Assembly: GCA_038891615.1 (NCBI GenBank)
Contig: JAWADY010000002.1
Location: 64,994 to 128,993 of the forward strand
Length of the DNA stretch: 64,000 nt
Source: Candidatus Woesearchaeota archaeon
GTDB taxonomy: Archaea; Nanobdellota; Nanobdellia; Woesearchaeales; ARS49
Reading direction: 5' to 3'
A program made the position numbers and the translations under genes. Shown piece by piece: positions 8,857 through 17,784 of the stretch (positions are counted from its first letter, which is position 1; every line of letters begins with the position of its first letter). A model generated the notes under the pieces. It had not been told where the DNA came from. It did not search any database and saw only the letters and a program-made list of their open reading frames with translations.

Positions 8857-10827
8857 CTATTTGCTAAAAGGATTTCTCATTTGCTTTGCTACCCAGACTG
8901 GGCTAAAATCTTCATAATCATTATCAGTAAGCTGCTCGAGCTTATCCTTTTCAATGTTGTAAACAAAGATTTCGCAATCTCTGTCTTTTTGTTTCTGTCC
9001 AAAACGAAACCAAGGGCAAGCAGAAAAGGCAATGCCTTTTGAGTCTTGCGACCAAGCAATGTTGTCCTCATTTACAAAAAAATTGTTTGGAATGCTAACT
9101 TTTTTGATGCTTAGTTTTGGCCAATCCGCTATATTGACAATGGTTACAATACTGCTCCCCTTATACCTTATTGCAAAATGTTTCAAATCTGGAGAGTTAT
9201 ACATTGCTAATGCCTGGTCTGGAAGTTTTGTCACAAATTTTGGCTTGTCCACACCGTTCTTACAAGATTCTTTTCTTTTTTTCTGGCAAGAGGCTAAGTC
9301 ATAAAGGGTGGCTTTCTCGAGTGCTAGAAAGTAAAGAAGGTTTTGGCTTTCACCTTTTGGATGATAAGGACTGGCTGCGAGGCTAAAGAACAAGCCAGGC
9401 TTTGCAAAAGTCAGTGCAGTAACATAATATCCCTTTTTTTCAAAAATCTTAAGTTTGATTGGGCTTTCTGATCCAAAGATTTTATAAGCATATATCTTGC
9501 CCTTCTTCTCATTGTTGGCATAAACGAGCCAGTTAAAATCAAACCACTCAAAGGCTTCCCACTCTGATTTGTCGTCGTACCCTGTTGATAAATTCTTTAT
9601 TTTGTTCTCTTCCGTCTTTAAAAGGGGAGCGAGCCTGATAGTCTTCCAGGACTTTTCTGCAACGCATCCACATTGTGGTGAGATCTTTATTTTGTGATAA
9701 AAGGATAACCCAGAACTTTCAGCAACATCCCCAAGCTTTGGAAAGAAGTAATGTAGTTTGTTGTCTATCACCACACCAACAGTTTCTCCATCGCTGCTTT
9801 TTATTAGGTTTTTGGCTTCCTTTTTTTTAAACACAACCACATTATGCGTTTCCTTTAATGGTGACCGTGGATAAACAAAGTTTATTCCGAAGTTGTCATC
9901 TAATCGTGAAATAAAGTATATTTTCTCATCAGTGACCAATGAAGAAAGCCAGATGAAGAATGAGGCTGTTGTGACAAACGCCGACCCTAAAAACCATTTC
10001 CTGTTTTTGCGCCACCAAAGATACCTGCACGCCTTTTTAGCGCTCCATCTTTTCTTTAGATTTGTTTGAAGAAAGCCAGAAATAAGTTTGCGAAGTGGAG
10101 CTTTTTTAAGTCGTTCATATTCTCCAGAAATTATTTTTTCTCGCAACCTTTCACGCTCAGCATCCTCAAAAGGAAAGCTACCAGTTATAAGCTTGTACAG
10201 TGCAACGCCTGCCGCCCAACTATCACTTTGTTGCGATGGCATAAAGCCTTTTAGTAGTTCTGGCGCACGATAGAGCAAGCTACCATAGCAAGGGCCGTAG
10301 TGTAGCTCCTTGCTGTTCGATAGTCCGAAGTCAACAATTTTTATCTTTCCTTCAGAAAGAATGAGGTTTTCAAGGCTCAGGTCACCATGTGTAACACCTC
10401 TTGAGTGCAAAAAGTCAAGTCCTTTACAAATCTGTTCCGCGCATTCAATGAGTTGCTTTTCATCGAGTTTGCCTGCAACCTCGCTCAGCTTTCTGCCTTC
10501 CACATACTCTTCAACAATAAATGGCAGGCCAGTCTTTTCGTCTATGTTAACAAAGTAGATTTTAGCAATATGTTCATGGCCTTTGCCGCGCTCCTCACGC
10601 AACTTTGTAAGAATTTTTGCCTCGCGCTCAAATGTGCTTTCAATGCTTACATTCCTATAAGCTGGAAATGAGCGCGAATGTTTCAGAATTTTTAGTGCAA
10701 CTGTTATGCCTTGTTGAGTATCATAAGCCTTCCAAACTTCTTTAAAAGCGCCGCCACCAATCTTTTCAATGAGTCTAAACTTACCGTTATTAAAAAAAGC
10801 ATTATCCTTAAATTCTTCTTCAGCCAT
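8857..10827 (-). CDS. Transmembrane eukaryotic-like Ser/Thr protein kinase. N-terminal cytoplasmic kinase domain, a single TM helix, and a C-terminal extracellular domain with TolB/PD40-like beta-propeller repeats.
   Basis: Kinase motifs IGGGAFKEV (Gly loop), VALKIL, HGDLSLENL (catalytic loop, atypical because it lacks the Lys of HRDLKPxN), DFGLS and YRAPELL. TM helix WFLGSAFVTTASFFIWLSSLV. C-terminal PD40-like segment DNIAWSQDSKGIAFSA...IFVYNIEKDKLEQLTDNDYEDFSPVWV. Confidence 0.75.
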   Translation of the reverse strand: MAEEEFKDNAFFNNGKFRLIEKIGGGAFKEVWKAYDTQQGITVALKILKHSRSFPAYRNVSIESTFEREAKILTKLREERGKGHEHIAKIYFVNIDEKTGLPFIVEEYVEGRKLSEVAGKLDEKQLIECAEQICKGLDFLHSRGVTHGDLSLENLILSEGKIKIVDFGLSNSKELHYGPCYGSLLYRAPELLKGFMPSQQSDSWAAGVALYKLITGSFPFEDAERERLREKIISGEYERLKKAPLRKLISGFLQTNLKKRWSAKKACRYLWWRKNRKWFLGSAFVTTASFFIWLSSLVTDEKIYFISRLDDNFGINFVYPRSPLKETHNVVVFKKKEAKNLIKSSDGETVGVVIDNKLHYFFPKLGDVAESSGLSFYHKIKISPQCGCVAEKSWKTIRLAPLLKTEENKIKNLSTGYDDKSEWEAFEWFDFNWLVYANNEKKGKIYAYKIFGSESPIKLKIFEKKGYYVTALTFAKPGLFFSLAASPYHPKGESQNLLYFLALEKATLYDLASCQKKRKESCKNGVDKPKFVTKLPDQALAMYNSPDLKHFAIRYKGSSIVTIVNIADWPKLSIKKVSIPNNFFVNEDNIAWSQDSKGIAFSACPWFRFGQKQKDRDCEIFVYNIEKDKLEQLTDNDYEDFSPVWVAKQMRNPFSK

Positions 10828-10878
10828 CTCTTTTTTTTAAATTTATGCAAAAATTCTTTAAAAATTTTCCGAACAGCG

Positions 10879-11763
10879 TTATCTTGTTTTCTGGATAACA
10901 GATGGTAAAGCAAGCGCAGGAAGCTGTATGCTCAAGTCGACTATAGAAGCAAGGTGAATGTTTTTCCAGCCGTAACGACGTATTTCCTCAAAAATTCTCG
11001 AAGCTTCGGTTGCCGTTTCCTGTTTTGCATCGAAGACAAATCTGTAGCAAGCGTCAAAAAGCTTGGCAGCCTTTTCATATTGTTTTACAATCTCCTGTTC
11101 AGGAACCGCGCGCTGCTTGACTATCTCTGCAGCAAGATACTTGCACTCGTCACCAATTCTTTCCACACTCCAGACAATGACTGCCTTACGCATAGCCTCT
11201 AGGTGTTCTGATATGACATTTTTTGCAAGATACCTCATGCAGTAATGTGCAAGCCTATTCACATCAATATCGCGCTGCTCTAGATGTTCAAGAGCAGTGT
11301 AATCCCAATTTCGAATAGCTTCTACCGAATCCTCAAGCATTCCTTTTACAAGAAGAAACAACCTCCGATAAAGTGCTGGAAATTCATCTTTTATCTGACC
11401 AGCAACATCACGCAAAATGCAATAGTTGCTCCTTTGTTCAACAGTCTCAAAACCAATTAGCTCAATGAGGGCTTTTTTGACGCGCTGAGGAGTTTCTGCT
11501 TCGAAGTTTGTGATTTTTATTTCATCATAGCCATCCTCATAAAGCCTGACAATAAGCCTTGGCAAGAGGACTCCTGCCTCAGGCGCACTTATTTCTTTGC
11601 TTTTGAAGACCTTTTGAGTGCTTGTTGGAGAAAGCGAAATAAAACCTGGTTGTTCTGACATTTCAATCTCATCTCCTTTCTTTATTCCATACTTTCTTGC
11701 CCATTTCGCAGGAAGACTTACCACAAGCGTTTGCTTGGAAAGCTGAATGACCTTTCTTCTCAT
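10879..11763 (-). CDS. Transcription regulator with an N-terminal SpoVT/AbrB swapped-hairpin domain fused to a PhoU-like domain (archaeal PhoU-type regulator).
   Basis: N-terminus MRRKVIQLSKQTLVVSLPAKWARKYGIKKGDEIEMSE is AbrB-like. The C-terminal helical region contains ERIGDECKYLAAEI, a PhoU-like motif. Confidence 0.6.
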   Translation of the reverse strand: MRRKVIQLSKQTLVVSLPAKWARKYGIKKGDEIEMSEQPGFISLSPTSTQKVFKSKEISAPEAGVLLPRLIVRLYEDGYDEIKITNFEAETPQRVKKALIELIGFETVEQRSNYCILRDVAGQIKDEFPALYRRLFLLVKGMLEDSVEAIRNWDYTALEHLEQRDIDVNRLAHYCMRYLAKNVISEHLEAMRKAVIVWSVERIGDECKYLAAEIVKQRAVPEQEIVKQYEKAAKLFDACYRFVFDAKQETATEASRIFEEIRRYGWKNIHLASIVDLSIQLPALALPSVIQKTR

Positions 11764-11901
11764 AATCCTTTGAAATGGTGCTTTGTATATAAAGTTTTCT
11801 ATAGGTATATAATTAAATTTTTATTATATATTTTAAGATAACTTATATATTTTAAGCATAAAATATATACTTTTGTTAATGCACTCACCTAAAAAAAGGA
11901 G
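11764..11901. promoter_or_regulatory. AT-rich divergent promoter region between the AbrB-PhoU regulator gene (minus strand) and the Lrp/AsnC regulator gene (plus strand). It contains multiple TATA-like boxes and a direct repeat of tatatattttaag.
   Basis: About 138 bp with >80% A+T (ttatatattttaagataacttatatattttaagcataaaatatatac). GGAGGTG lies upstream of the ATG at 11902. Confidence 0.5.
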
Positions 11902-12393
11902 GTGAGAAAGATGTCTGACTTTCAAAAAAAGGATTTGGTAATAATAGCCCATCTCAGGCAGAATGCGCGGATGAAGCTAACAGCAATGTCAAGAAAAACA
12001 GCACTCCCTGTCTCAACAATTTATGACAGGTTACAACTTCATGAAGGAAAGACAATCCTAAAGCATTCGTCTCTCATTGACTTTTCAAGACTTGGCTTTA
12101 GTGCAAGAGTGAATGTTCTCTTCAAACTTGGAAAAACTGATAAACAGGAATTTGTAGCATTCCTATCAAAACATCAGAATGTCAACAGCCTTTACAGGAT
12201 TAATAATGGTTTTGATTTCCTTGCAGAGTGCATTTTTAAGAACATACGAGAACTAGAAGACTTTTTCGAACAACTTGATGCAAGGTTTGACATAAAGCAT
12301 AAAGAGGTTTACCATGTTATTGACGAGCTAAAGCGTGAAGCCTTTTTATCAGACCCTCAATTGATTGAGCTTGCAGGAATTGAAGCAGCCTAA
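11902..12393 (+). CDS. Lrp/AsnC family transcription regulator (HTH plus RAM domain).
   Basis: Typical Lrp layout: N-terminal HTH (DLVIIAHLRQNARMKLTAMSRKTALPVSTIYDRLQLHE) and a C-terminal ligand-binding RAM-like domain. Length 163 aa. Confidence 0.75.
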   Translation: MRKMSDFQKKDLVIIAHLRQNARMKLTAMSRKTALPVSTIYDRLQLHEGKTILKHSSLIDFSRLGFSARVNVLFKLGKTDKQEFVAFLSKHQNVNSLYRINNGFDFLAECIFKNIRELEDFFEQLDARFDIKHKEVYHVIDELKREAFLSDPQLIELAGIEAA

Positions 12394-12479
12394 TCCGCCC
12401 TGAAAGGAAGCAAATGCGTAGTGAATTGCTTGCTCAAACTCAACACACAACAAAGCTTACAAAGCAAACATTTTACGAT

Positions 12480-12543
12480 TTTCAGTAGCAAGCTTTAAAT
12501 ACTCTGTACTTACTTTTCTTGAAAAACAAAACGAGGTGTTGAG
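12480..12543 (+). promoter_or_regulatory. Putative archaeal promoter (BRE/TATA, aagctttaaatac) upstream of the first mini-pilin gene.
   Basis: The tttaaata box lies about 40 nt upstream of the ATG at 12544. GAGGTG is 6 nt upstream of the ATG. Confidence 0.35.
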
Positions 12544-12798
12544 ATGTCAAAAGGTCAAGGCATTTCAATTAATGTTATCATAATAGCTGCGATTGCACTG
12601 CTTGTTCTTGTTGTTCTTTCTGTTATGTTCATAGGCAGGATAGGACTCTTTGGAGTTAAGAGTGTTTCTTGCACAGAACAGGGAGGAACATGTTCTGTTG
12701 ATGTCTGCCCAGCAGGGACAAGGGAGTACACACCTTGGAGGTGCCCTGATACTCCTGAGGGGGCAAAGCAGCGCTGCTGCGTGGCAATAGGGGTGTAA
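12544..12798 (+). CDS. Mini-pilin: class III signal peptide (MSKGQ|GISINVIIIAAIALLVLVV) followed by a small six-Cys secreted head that ends in CC.
   Basis: KGQ prepilin-type motif, a 22-aa hydrophobic helix, an LFG motif, and Cys framework C-x8-C-x4-C-x11-C-x10-CC. Length 84 aa. Confidence 0.6.
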   Translation: MSKGQGISINVIIIAAIALLVLVVLSVMFIGRIGLFGVKSVSCTEQGGTCSVDVCPAGTREYTPWRCPDTPEGAKQRCCVAIGV

Positions 12799-12809
12799 GT
12801 GAATTTTCA

Positions 12810-13079
12810 ATGGCAAAAGCGCAAGGGCTGCCAATAAACACAATCATTATCGTTGCGCTAGCACTTGTTGTTCTTTTAGTCATTGCAGCCATTTTTACTG
12901 GTCGTATACAGCTTTTTGGAAGAGCGCTAAGCAACTGCCCAAAAGGAGAGGGGAAGTGGTGCACAGACAACCCTTCGGATTGCGCAGCTGGCAACGCAGC
13001 AGCAAGTCCGCTAAAAAATTGCAACGAAGATGCTGACCCTGAACCAGAAGGGAGCTATTGTTGCATACCATTGGCATGA
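12810..13079 (+). CDS. Mini-pilin paralog (MAKAQ|GLPINTIIIVALALVVLLVIAAIF) with a six-Cys head ending YCCIPLA.
   Basis: Same architecture and LFG motif as the upstream gene. Length 89 aa. Confidence 0.6.
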   Translation: MAKAQGLPINTIIIVALALVVLLVIAAIFTGRIQLFGRALSNCPKGEGKWCTDNPSDCAAGNAAASPLKNCNEDADPEPEGSYCCIPLA

Positions 13080-13366
13080 GAATGGGCAAAATGAGCGGAA
13101 AAAAGGGTGCTGAAGCCATTTGGTACATAATCGCGCTTGTCATTGGGCTAATAGTTCTTGTTGTGCTGGTAGCATTATTTACAGGAAAGGTAAAGCTGTT
13201 TGGCAAGGCAGGAGAAGAAATCGAAAAAGGTGTTCGTGGAAATCTTTGTTTTGAGCAGGGTTTTTGTGAAGCGGGCACTGCTTGTCCTCCTGGTTCAACA
13301 GCAATCCCGCGCCCTGCTGCTGGCTGGACAGATTGCACAGGGATTTGTTGCAAGCAAGTTGGATAA
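13076..13366 (+). CDS. Mini-pilin paralog (..KKGAEA|IWYIIALVIGLIVLVVLVALF) with a six-Cys head ending ICCKQVG. The start is probably the ATG at 13076, in an ATGA overlap with the previous stop.
   Basis: Same architecture (KLFG motif, six Cys, terminal CC). The ORF track extends it upstream into the previous gene, so it is trimmed here to the internal Met. Confidence 0.55.
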   Translation: MRMGKMSGKKGAEAIWYIIALVIGLIVLVVLVALFTGKVKLFGKAGEEIEKGVRGNLCFEQGFCEAGTACPPGSTAIPRPAAGWTDCTGICCKQVG

Positions 13367-13508
13367 AGTTTTTATACGCAAGAGCCACTTGATTTTTTAT
13401 GCACAAAAGAGGCGTTGAAAAAAGCACTTTGTTATACCTCATCCTAATCCTTATCTTTCTTGCGCTTGCAGCCTATATTCTTGTGAGAATTGCTGGGAGG
13501 ATTTTTGG

Positions 13509-14225
13509 ATGAGCCTGCTCATTGTCAGAAGGAAGGGAATAACAGAAACAGGATTAGTGGCAATAATCCTTGTCCTTGCCTCTGGCATTGTTCTTGGAGC
13601 TCTTGTCTATCAGTTTACTGTTAAGGGGAAGCAGGTTGGCTCTATCGAGCTTTGCAGACAGAATGTGCTAACTGCTAGCAAAGTTGTAGCGCTTGGCAAA
13701 GCAGATATTTGGCCAATCACCAACTGCTTTACAGAAGACCTTGGCAAACTTCCAGAAAAAGAAGAAGAAGCCATTACTCTGATTGCCGAGGGTATTAGGA
13801 AGTGCTGGTACATGTGGGGCGAAGGAAAGCTAACTCCATGGAGCTCTACATGGCTATCAAGAAACATCATGTGTCATGTTTGTACGATGTTTGAGCCAAG
13901 CGCAGAAGTGAGTATTGAAAAGCTTCATGGTTGGATGAGGACTCACAACATTCCTGGCAAAGAATTAACCTACTATGACTTTTTGAAAGAAGGCTACATC
14001 CCTTTCATCTATCCAGCACTTGAAGAAGAAGCCAAAGCCAAAAAAGTTGACCTCACAAAAGGAATGAAATGGGCTGTCTTTTATGCCTATGGAACGCGCG
14101 CGGATTGGCTAAGATTTCCCCTCATTGGTGGACTTGTGCTTGAAGAACCAAAACAAGGCGTTGCCTTCCTGCCGACAAATGAACTCGGAGGCATATGTAC
14201 ATATACTACGATAAAACTCAAATGA
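13509..14225 (+). CDS. Pilin-like protein with a class III-like N-terminus (RRKG|ITETGLVAIILVLASGIVLGALVY) and an extracellular domain of about 200 aa.
   Basis: Basic N-terminus, G at -1, T/E-rich +1 to +5, hydrophobic helix. No catalytic motifs. Confidence 0.45.
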   Translation: MSLLIVRRKGITETGLVAIILVLASGIVLGALVYQFTVKGKQVGSIELCRQNVLTASKVVALGKADIWPITNCFTEDLGKLPEKEEEAITLIAEGIRKCWYMWGEGKLTPWSSTWLSRNIMCHVCTMFEPSAEVSIEKLHGWMRTHNIPGKELTYYDFLKEGYIPFIYPALEEEAKAKKVDLTKGMKWAVFYAYGTRADWLRFPLIGGLVLEEPKQGVAFLPTNELGGICTYTTIKLK

Positions 14226-15145
14226 AAAGGGCGCAAGTAACAACACAGACACTCTTGGTAGTGCTCGTGCTTTTACTCGTAGCAGCTGTCATCTTTATTT
14301 CTTTTCAGACAAGACTCTTTGGCTTAGCAGAAGCCAAAAGTGCAAAGGATGTTTGCAAAACTTCTGTCTATGCCAATGCGCTGCTTGGAAGAAGTGTTGG
14401 AATCTTTTCTTCGGATATAAAATGTCCAACTCAGTATCTTCAGATAGACAATAGTGATGTTGCACATGCAAAGTTTGAGATTGCAAAAGCTCTGTCAGAT
14501 TGTTGGGAACAATTTGGAGAAGGCAGGCTTGAGCTTTTTTCTGGAGAAGGTGTTTTTTGTTCCGTATGTCATTTGATAACTTTTAAGCACAAAGAAAAAG
14601 CAATAAGCGGGCTTTTAGACTATCTTGCAACTAACAAAAAACCCCTTACTGACAAAAGCTATCTTGATTATCTAACAAGCTATCACACTTCAGGAAGCGA
14701 GGTTCTTAAGGCATATGCAGCTGAAAAGCTCCCGCCTGACATTCTTGACCCATCGCGAGGCAACACCTATGCAACAATCTTCTACTATGTCAAGGGTAAA
14801 GACCATGTGAAGGATGTTATTGAAAGAGCCCAAGCAGCAGCACCTGGCATTGGGCTTGAAGCACTTGGTATCGGATTGATAAAGGCAGGCAGTGCAACAG
14901 CTGGCTTGATTTCAGCAACCGGCATTGGTGCGCCTCTAGGTGTAGTTGTTGCAAAGGTCTCAACAATTGTCGGCGGAGTTTTGATTGTTGGCGGAGCAGG
15001 CTATGCCCTCCTCGCTGGTTGGTTCGGCGGAGTCCCTGTAGAATTCCTCTCACAAGTACGCCTCGAGCCTTACAACGAGCAAACGCTTAAAAACCTCGGA
15101 TGCCAAATCCTGCCTGCAGCTGAAAAAGCAGAGGTTGGAAGGTGA
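14222..15145 (+). CDS. Pilin-like protein (MKRA|QVTTQTLLVVLVLLLVAAVIF) with a C-terminal glycine-zipper hydrophobic segment of about 70 aa.
   Basis: The start is taken at the internal ATG that forms an ATGA overlap with the upstream stop. The C-terminal segment is GIGLEALGIGLIKAGSATAGLISATGIGAPLGVVVAKVSTIVGGVLIVGGAGYALLAGWFGG. Confidence 0.45.
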   Translation: MKRAQVTTQTLLVVLVLLLVAAVIFISFQTRLFGLAEAKSAKDVCKTSVYANALLGRSVGIFSSDIKCPTQYLQIDNSDVAHAKFEIAKALSDCWEQFGEGRLELFSGEGVFCSVCHLITFKHKEKAISGLLDYLATNKKPLTDKSYLDYLTSYHTSGSEVLKAYAAEKLPPDILDPSRGNTYATIFYYVKGKDHVKDVIERAQAAAPGIGLEALGIGLIKAGSATAGLISATGIGAPLGVVVAKVSTIVGGVLIVGGAGYALLAGWFGGVPVEFLSQVRLEPYNEQTLKNLGCQILPAAEKAEVGR

Positions 15146-15284
15146 TGAAAAAAGGCATATCCCGCGAGGCATTTGTTTACATACTCTTGGCACTTATTGC
15201 AATCCTCATTGGAGTAATCTTGATAATTTTTTGGGGAGGCGGGGCAGAAAAGGTCCTTAAGTCTCTTGGTTTGGGATAGCTCAA

Positions 15285-15641
15285 ATGGACAAAAAAGCTG
15301 TTGCAATAGAAACAATAGTCATCCTTCTCCTTGCACTTGTTGCTCTCCTTTTCTTTACAGTCCTTGGAGGAAAGCAGCTTCAATTGGGCAAGAAAATAAG
15401 CTTTTTCATGCCGGGCTGCCCAAAGGGTGTTTTAATAACCACAGAATGTCCATGTGATGGCCAAAAGATAAGTTCAGGTTATTGCTGTGATTTTGGACCA
15501 AGCCAAAAGCCTTGCTTTTGCGTAGAGCGAAATGTTAATAAGTGCGAGGATTACAAAAAGCAAGAGGATTGTGTAAGCAATCCTTGCCAAGTTCAAACTG
15601 CTTGCACCTTTGAACAAGGTGTTTGCAAAAGGGCTGGTTAA
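15285..15641 (+). CDS. Small Cys-rich pilin-like protein (MDKK|AVAIETIVILLLALVALLFF) with about 14 Cys in an 80-aa head.
   Basis: Class III-like N-terminus, with Glu at +5 as in type IV pilins. Cys-dense C-terminal region (CPKGVLITTECPCDG...CCDFG...CFC...). Confidence 0.5.
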   Translation: MDKKAVAIETIVILLLALVALLFFTVLGGKQLQLGKKISFFMPGCPKGVLITTECPCDGQKISSGYCCDFGPSQKPCFCVERNVNKCEDYKKQEDCVSNPCQVQTACTFEQGVCKRAG

Positions 15642-15645
15642 ATAA

Positions 15646-16071
15646 ATGGCAAAAAAAGGGGTAAGTGGAATACAGGTCGTCATAGCACTTTTGATTGGCA
15701 TCATAGTGCTCTATGTTGTTGTGGCTTTTATGCAAGCACAGTTCAAGAAGGCTGGAAAGAGTATCGAGGAAATAACTCCTTCCACAATCAGCTTTGCGCT
15801 GCAAGGCTGCAGGCTCCAAGCCGCACGAGGTTTTTCTGATGCAGATAAGGATGGATATCCCGACTTTTGTGATGTCTGCGAAGGCGGTGATGACGGAAAG
15901 CACAGCGATGCTGACTGGGTTCCAGATGATTGTGATGCGCATGAAAAAACAAAAGGGCTTCCTGCAAAGGAATGTGGTTGTGAAAAGCCAGAAATGGATT
16001 CTGAAGGCAGGCTGATAAAGAGCTGTGGGAGGCTTCTTTCAATCGAGCCATTTAAGTGCGCGAAAAAATGA
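15646..16071 (+). CDS. Small pilin-like protein (MAKKG|VSGIQVVIALLIGIIVLYVVVAF) with an Asp-rich TSP3-like Ca-binding motif and a Cys-rich head.
   Basis: Head contains DADKDGYPDFCDVCEGGDDGKHSDADWVPDDCD followed by several Cys. Confidence 0.5.
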   Translation: MAKKGVSGIQVVIALLIGIIVLYVVVAFMQAQFKKAGKSIEEITPSTISFALQGCRLQAARGFSDADKDGYPDFCDVCEGGDDGKHSDADWVPDDCDAHEKTKGLPAKECGCEKPEMDSEGRLIKSCGRLLSIEPFKCAKK

Positions 16072-16088
16072 ATTTGGTAAAATGAAAA

Positions 16089-16949
16089 ATGAGCAAAAGG
16101 AAAGGCCAGGAAGAAGTTGGAAGGATGCTTTGGGAACTTGTTGCGCTGATACTGGCAGTAACTGTTATCATTGGAGGGATATTGTTTTTTGGAAGGGCAT
16201 TTGGATTTATTGGTGAGAGCAAAGAGGAACAGGACACAATCTCAAGCTTTTACAGCCTTGCAACAAAACTAAACGAACTGGCGCTGCTTTCAGAGTCATT
16301 CGTTCATGACAGGCTACCACTTTTTATTGGGGAAGGATTTGTAATTGTTGGCTTTGACAAAGCTGGAGATATTTCTGTCAATGGTTGCAGCGATGAAACA
16401 CATCTTGGAGTTCCAGCTACTGACCTCATCCCAAAGCCAGAGTTCTGTGGCGAGTTTGCTTGCATATGCCTCTATTCTGGCATTAGCGAAGAAGTCGGCG
16501 AGAAGCAGCCAATTTCTTGTGCCAAAATTTTCGCTGACAGATTGATTGGCTTGAGTAGTGCGTATCTTGAAAAAAACTATCCCTCTTTTGAGTCTTTTTG
16601 GAAAAACGCAATGGGCTCTCGTAGGGATAAGCCAGAACTACAAAGGTTCATGGTAACAGGGACAGAGCCTTTTAGCACTCTTCTCGAAAAAGACTATCCT
16701 CTTTTCCCAAGCTTTGAAAGCTACCCCTATACCTATTTTGTTCTTCATGGTGAGTGTGAAAACTGGTGGTTTGATGCCAACTTTGGCACACAAAGCCTCT
16801 ATCTTGAAAAAGTGAGGATAAAAGACAGGAACTATTTATTTATCACCGCAGACATCGAGGACTTTGTAAACAAAAGGGTTGCTGCAATAAAGGATTGGCT
16901 AGAGAAGCAAAAGAGTCAAGAGAAAGCCGAGGGAGGGCTGGTTGGTTGA
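16089..16949 (+). CDS. Pilin-like protein (MSKRKGQ|EEVGRMLWELVALILAVTVIIGGILFF), 286 aa.
   Basis: KGQ motif plus hydrophobic helix. No other domain recognised. Confidence 0.45.
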   Translation: MSKRKGQEEVGRMLWELVALILAVTVIIGGILFFGRAFGFIGESKEEQDTISSFYSLATKLNELALLSESFVHDRLPLFIGEGFVIVGFDKAGDISVNGCSDETHLGVPATDLIPKPEFCGEFACICLYSGISEEVGEKQPISCAKIFADRLIGLSSAYLEKNYPSFESFWKNAMGSRRDKPELQRFMVTGTEPFSTLLEKDYPLFPSFESYPYTYFVLHGECENWWFDANFGTQSLYLEKVRIKDRNYLFITADIEDFVNKRVAAIKDWLEKQKSQEKAEGGLVG

Positions 16950-17784
16950 AATGGTTGTGATTGGCAAGCGAGCCGTTGTTCATCCAGTTGCTCTGACAAT
17001 TGCAGAGCTTATTTTAGCCGCAATTATTGTCCTTGCAATGTACAATTTTGCCTCAAGGGCAAGAGAGCCTGGAAGGCTTGAAAAAGAGTTTGTTGCAAAA
17101 GACCTTGGCTTGCTGCTTGACGCCGTTTCCGTTGGCCAAGGGAGTTACTATTTGGTTTACACATCACCAGCCCTTCATCAAGATTTCAAGATTTCTGCAG
17201 GCGCCCACGAGGTTGTTGTTGATGGCTCAAGGCAGCCCTACGCATCTGGGCGTATAGAAATAAAAGGAGATTCCTTTGGAACAGATAAACTTGTGATCTG
17301 GTCTGAAACTGGAATTCTTGGCACGCCTTCAGCAGTCAAAGGTCACCTGCTACAGCTTCCTTGCGAAAGCCCACTGTCTTTTTCAACTGATAGGCAGCTT
17401 GCGGTAGCTGCTGATGATGGTGCCAAACAACTTGTTGAAAGACTTTTTGTCAAGGACTTAGGGAAAAGGCTGTTGTCAAATGATGAGAAAGGCGCAAGTG
17501 CGCTATTAAAAATTTTCACAGGAACAAAAAATGGGACAGCGAAGGCATATTTTTGGAAGGATGATAAGTCAGCAAGGTCGCTTGCATGCGCCCTTTTGAA
17601 CAGCATTGTCGCTTTTGAAGGAACCAATTCAGCCCTTCTTCTTCCGCTTAATCCTGAGCTTGCACCAAAGCGTTTTGCAGAGCTTGAGAAACAAAAGCCA
17701 GCTGTCTTCCTCGAGCTAGGCCCAGACCTTATTTCAAGCCCTGAACTTGCTCAGGCACTTTATGGTGGTGTTCGAAGTGGCTGA
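16942..17784 (+). CDS. Pilin-like protein (GKRA|VVHPVALTIAELILAAIIVLAMY), 280 aa.
   Basis: Class III-like N-terminus. Overlaps the previous gene by 8 nt (operon-like packing). Confidence 0.4.
   Translation: MVEMVVIGKRAVVHPVALTIAELILAAIIVLAMYNFASRAREPGRLEKEFVAKDLGLLLDAVSVGQGSYYLVYTSPALHQDFKISAGAHEVVVDGSRQPYASGRIEIKGDSFGTDKLVIWSETGILGTPSAVKGHLLQLPCESPLSFSTDRQLAVAADDGAKQLVERLFVKDLGKRLLSNDEKGASALLKIFTGTKNGTAKAYFWKDDKSARSLACALLNSIVAFEGTNSALLLPLNPELAPKRFAELEKQKPAVFLELGPDLISSPELAQALYGGVRSG

Noticed and set aside
15535-15942. 135-aa minus-strand ORF.
   Set aside because: It is antisense to two well-packed pilin-like genes and has no independent support.
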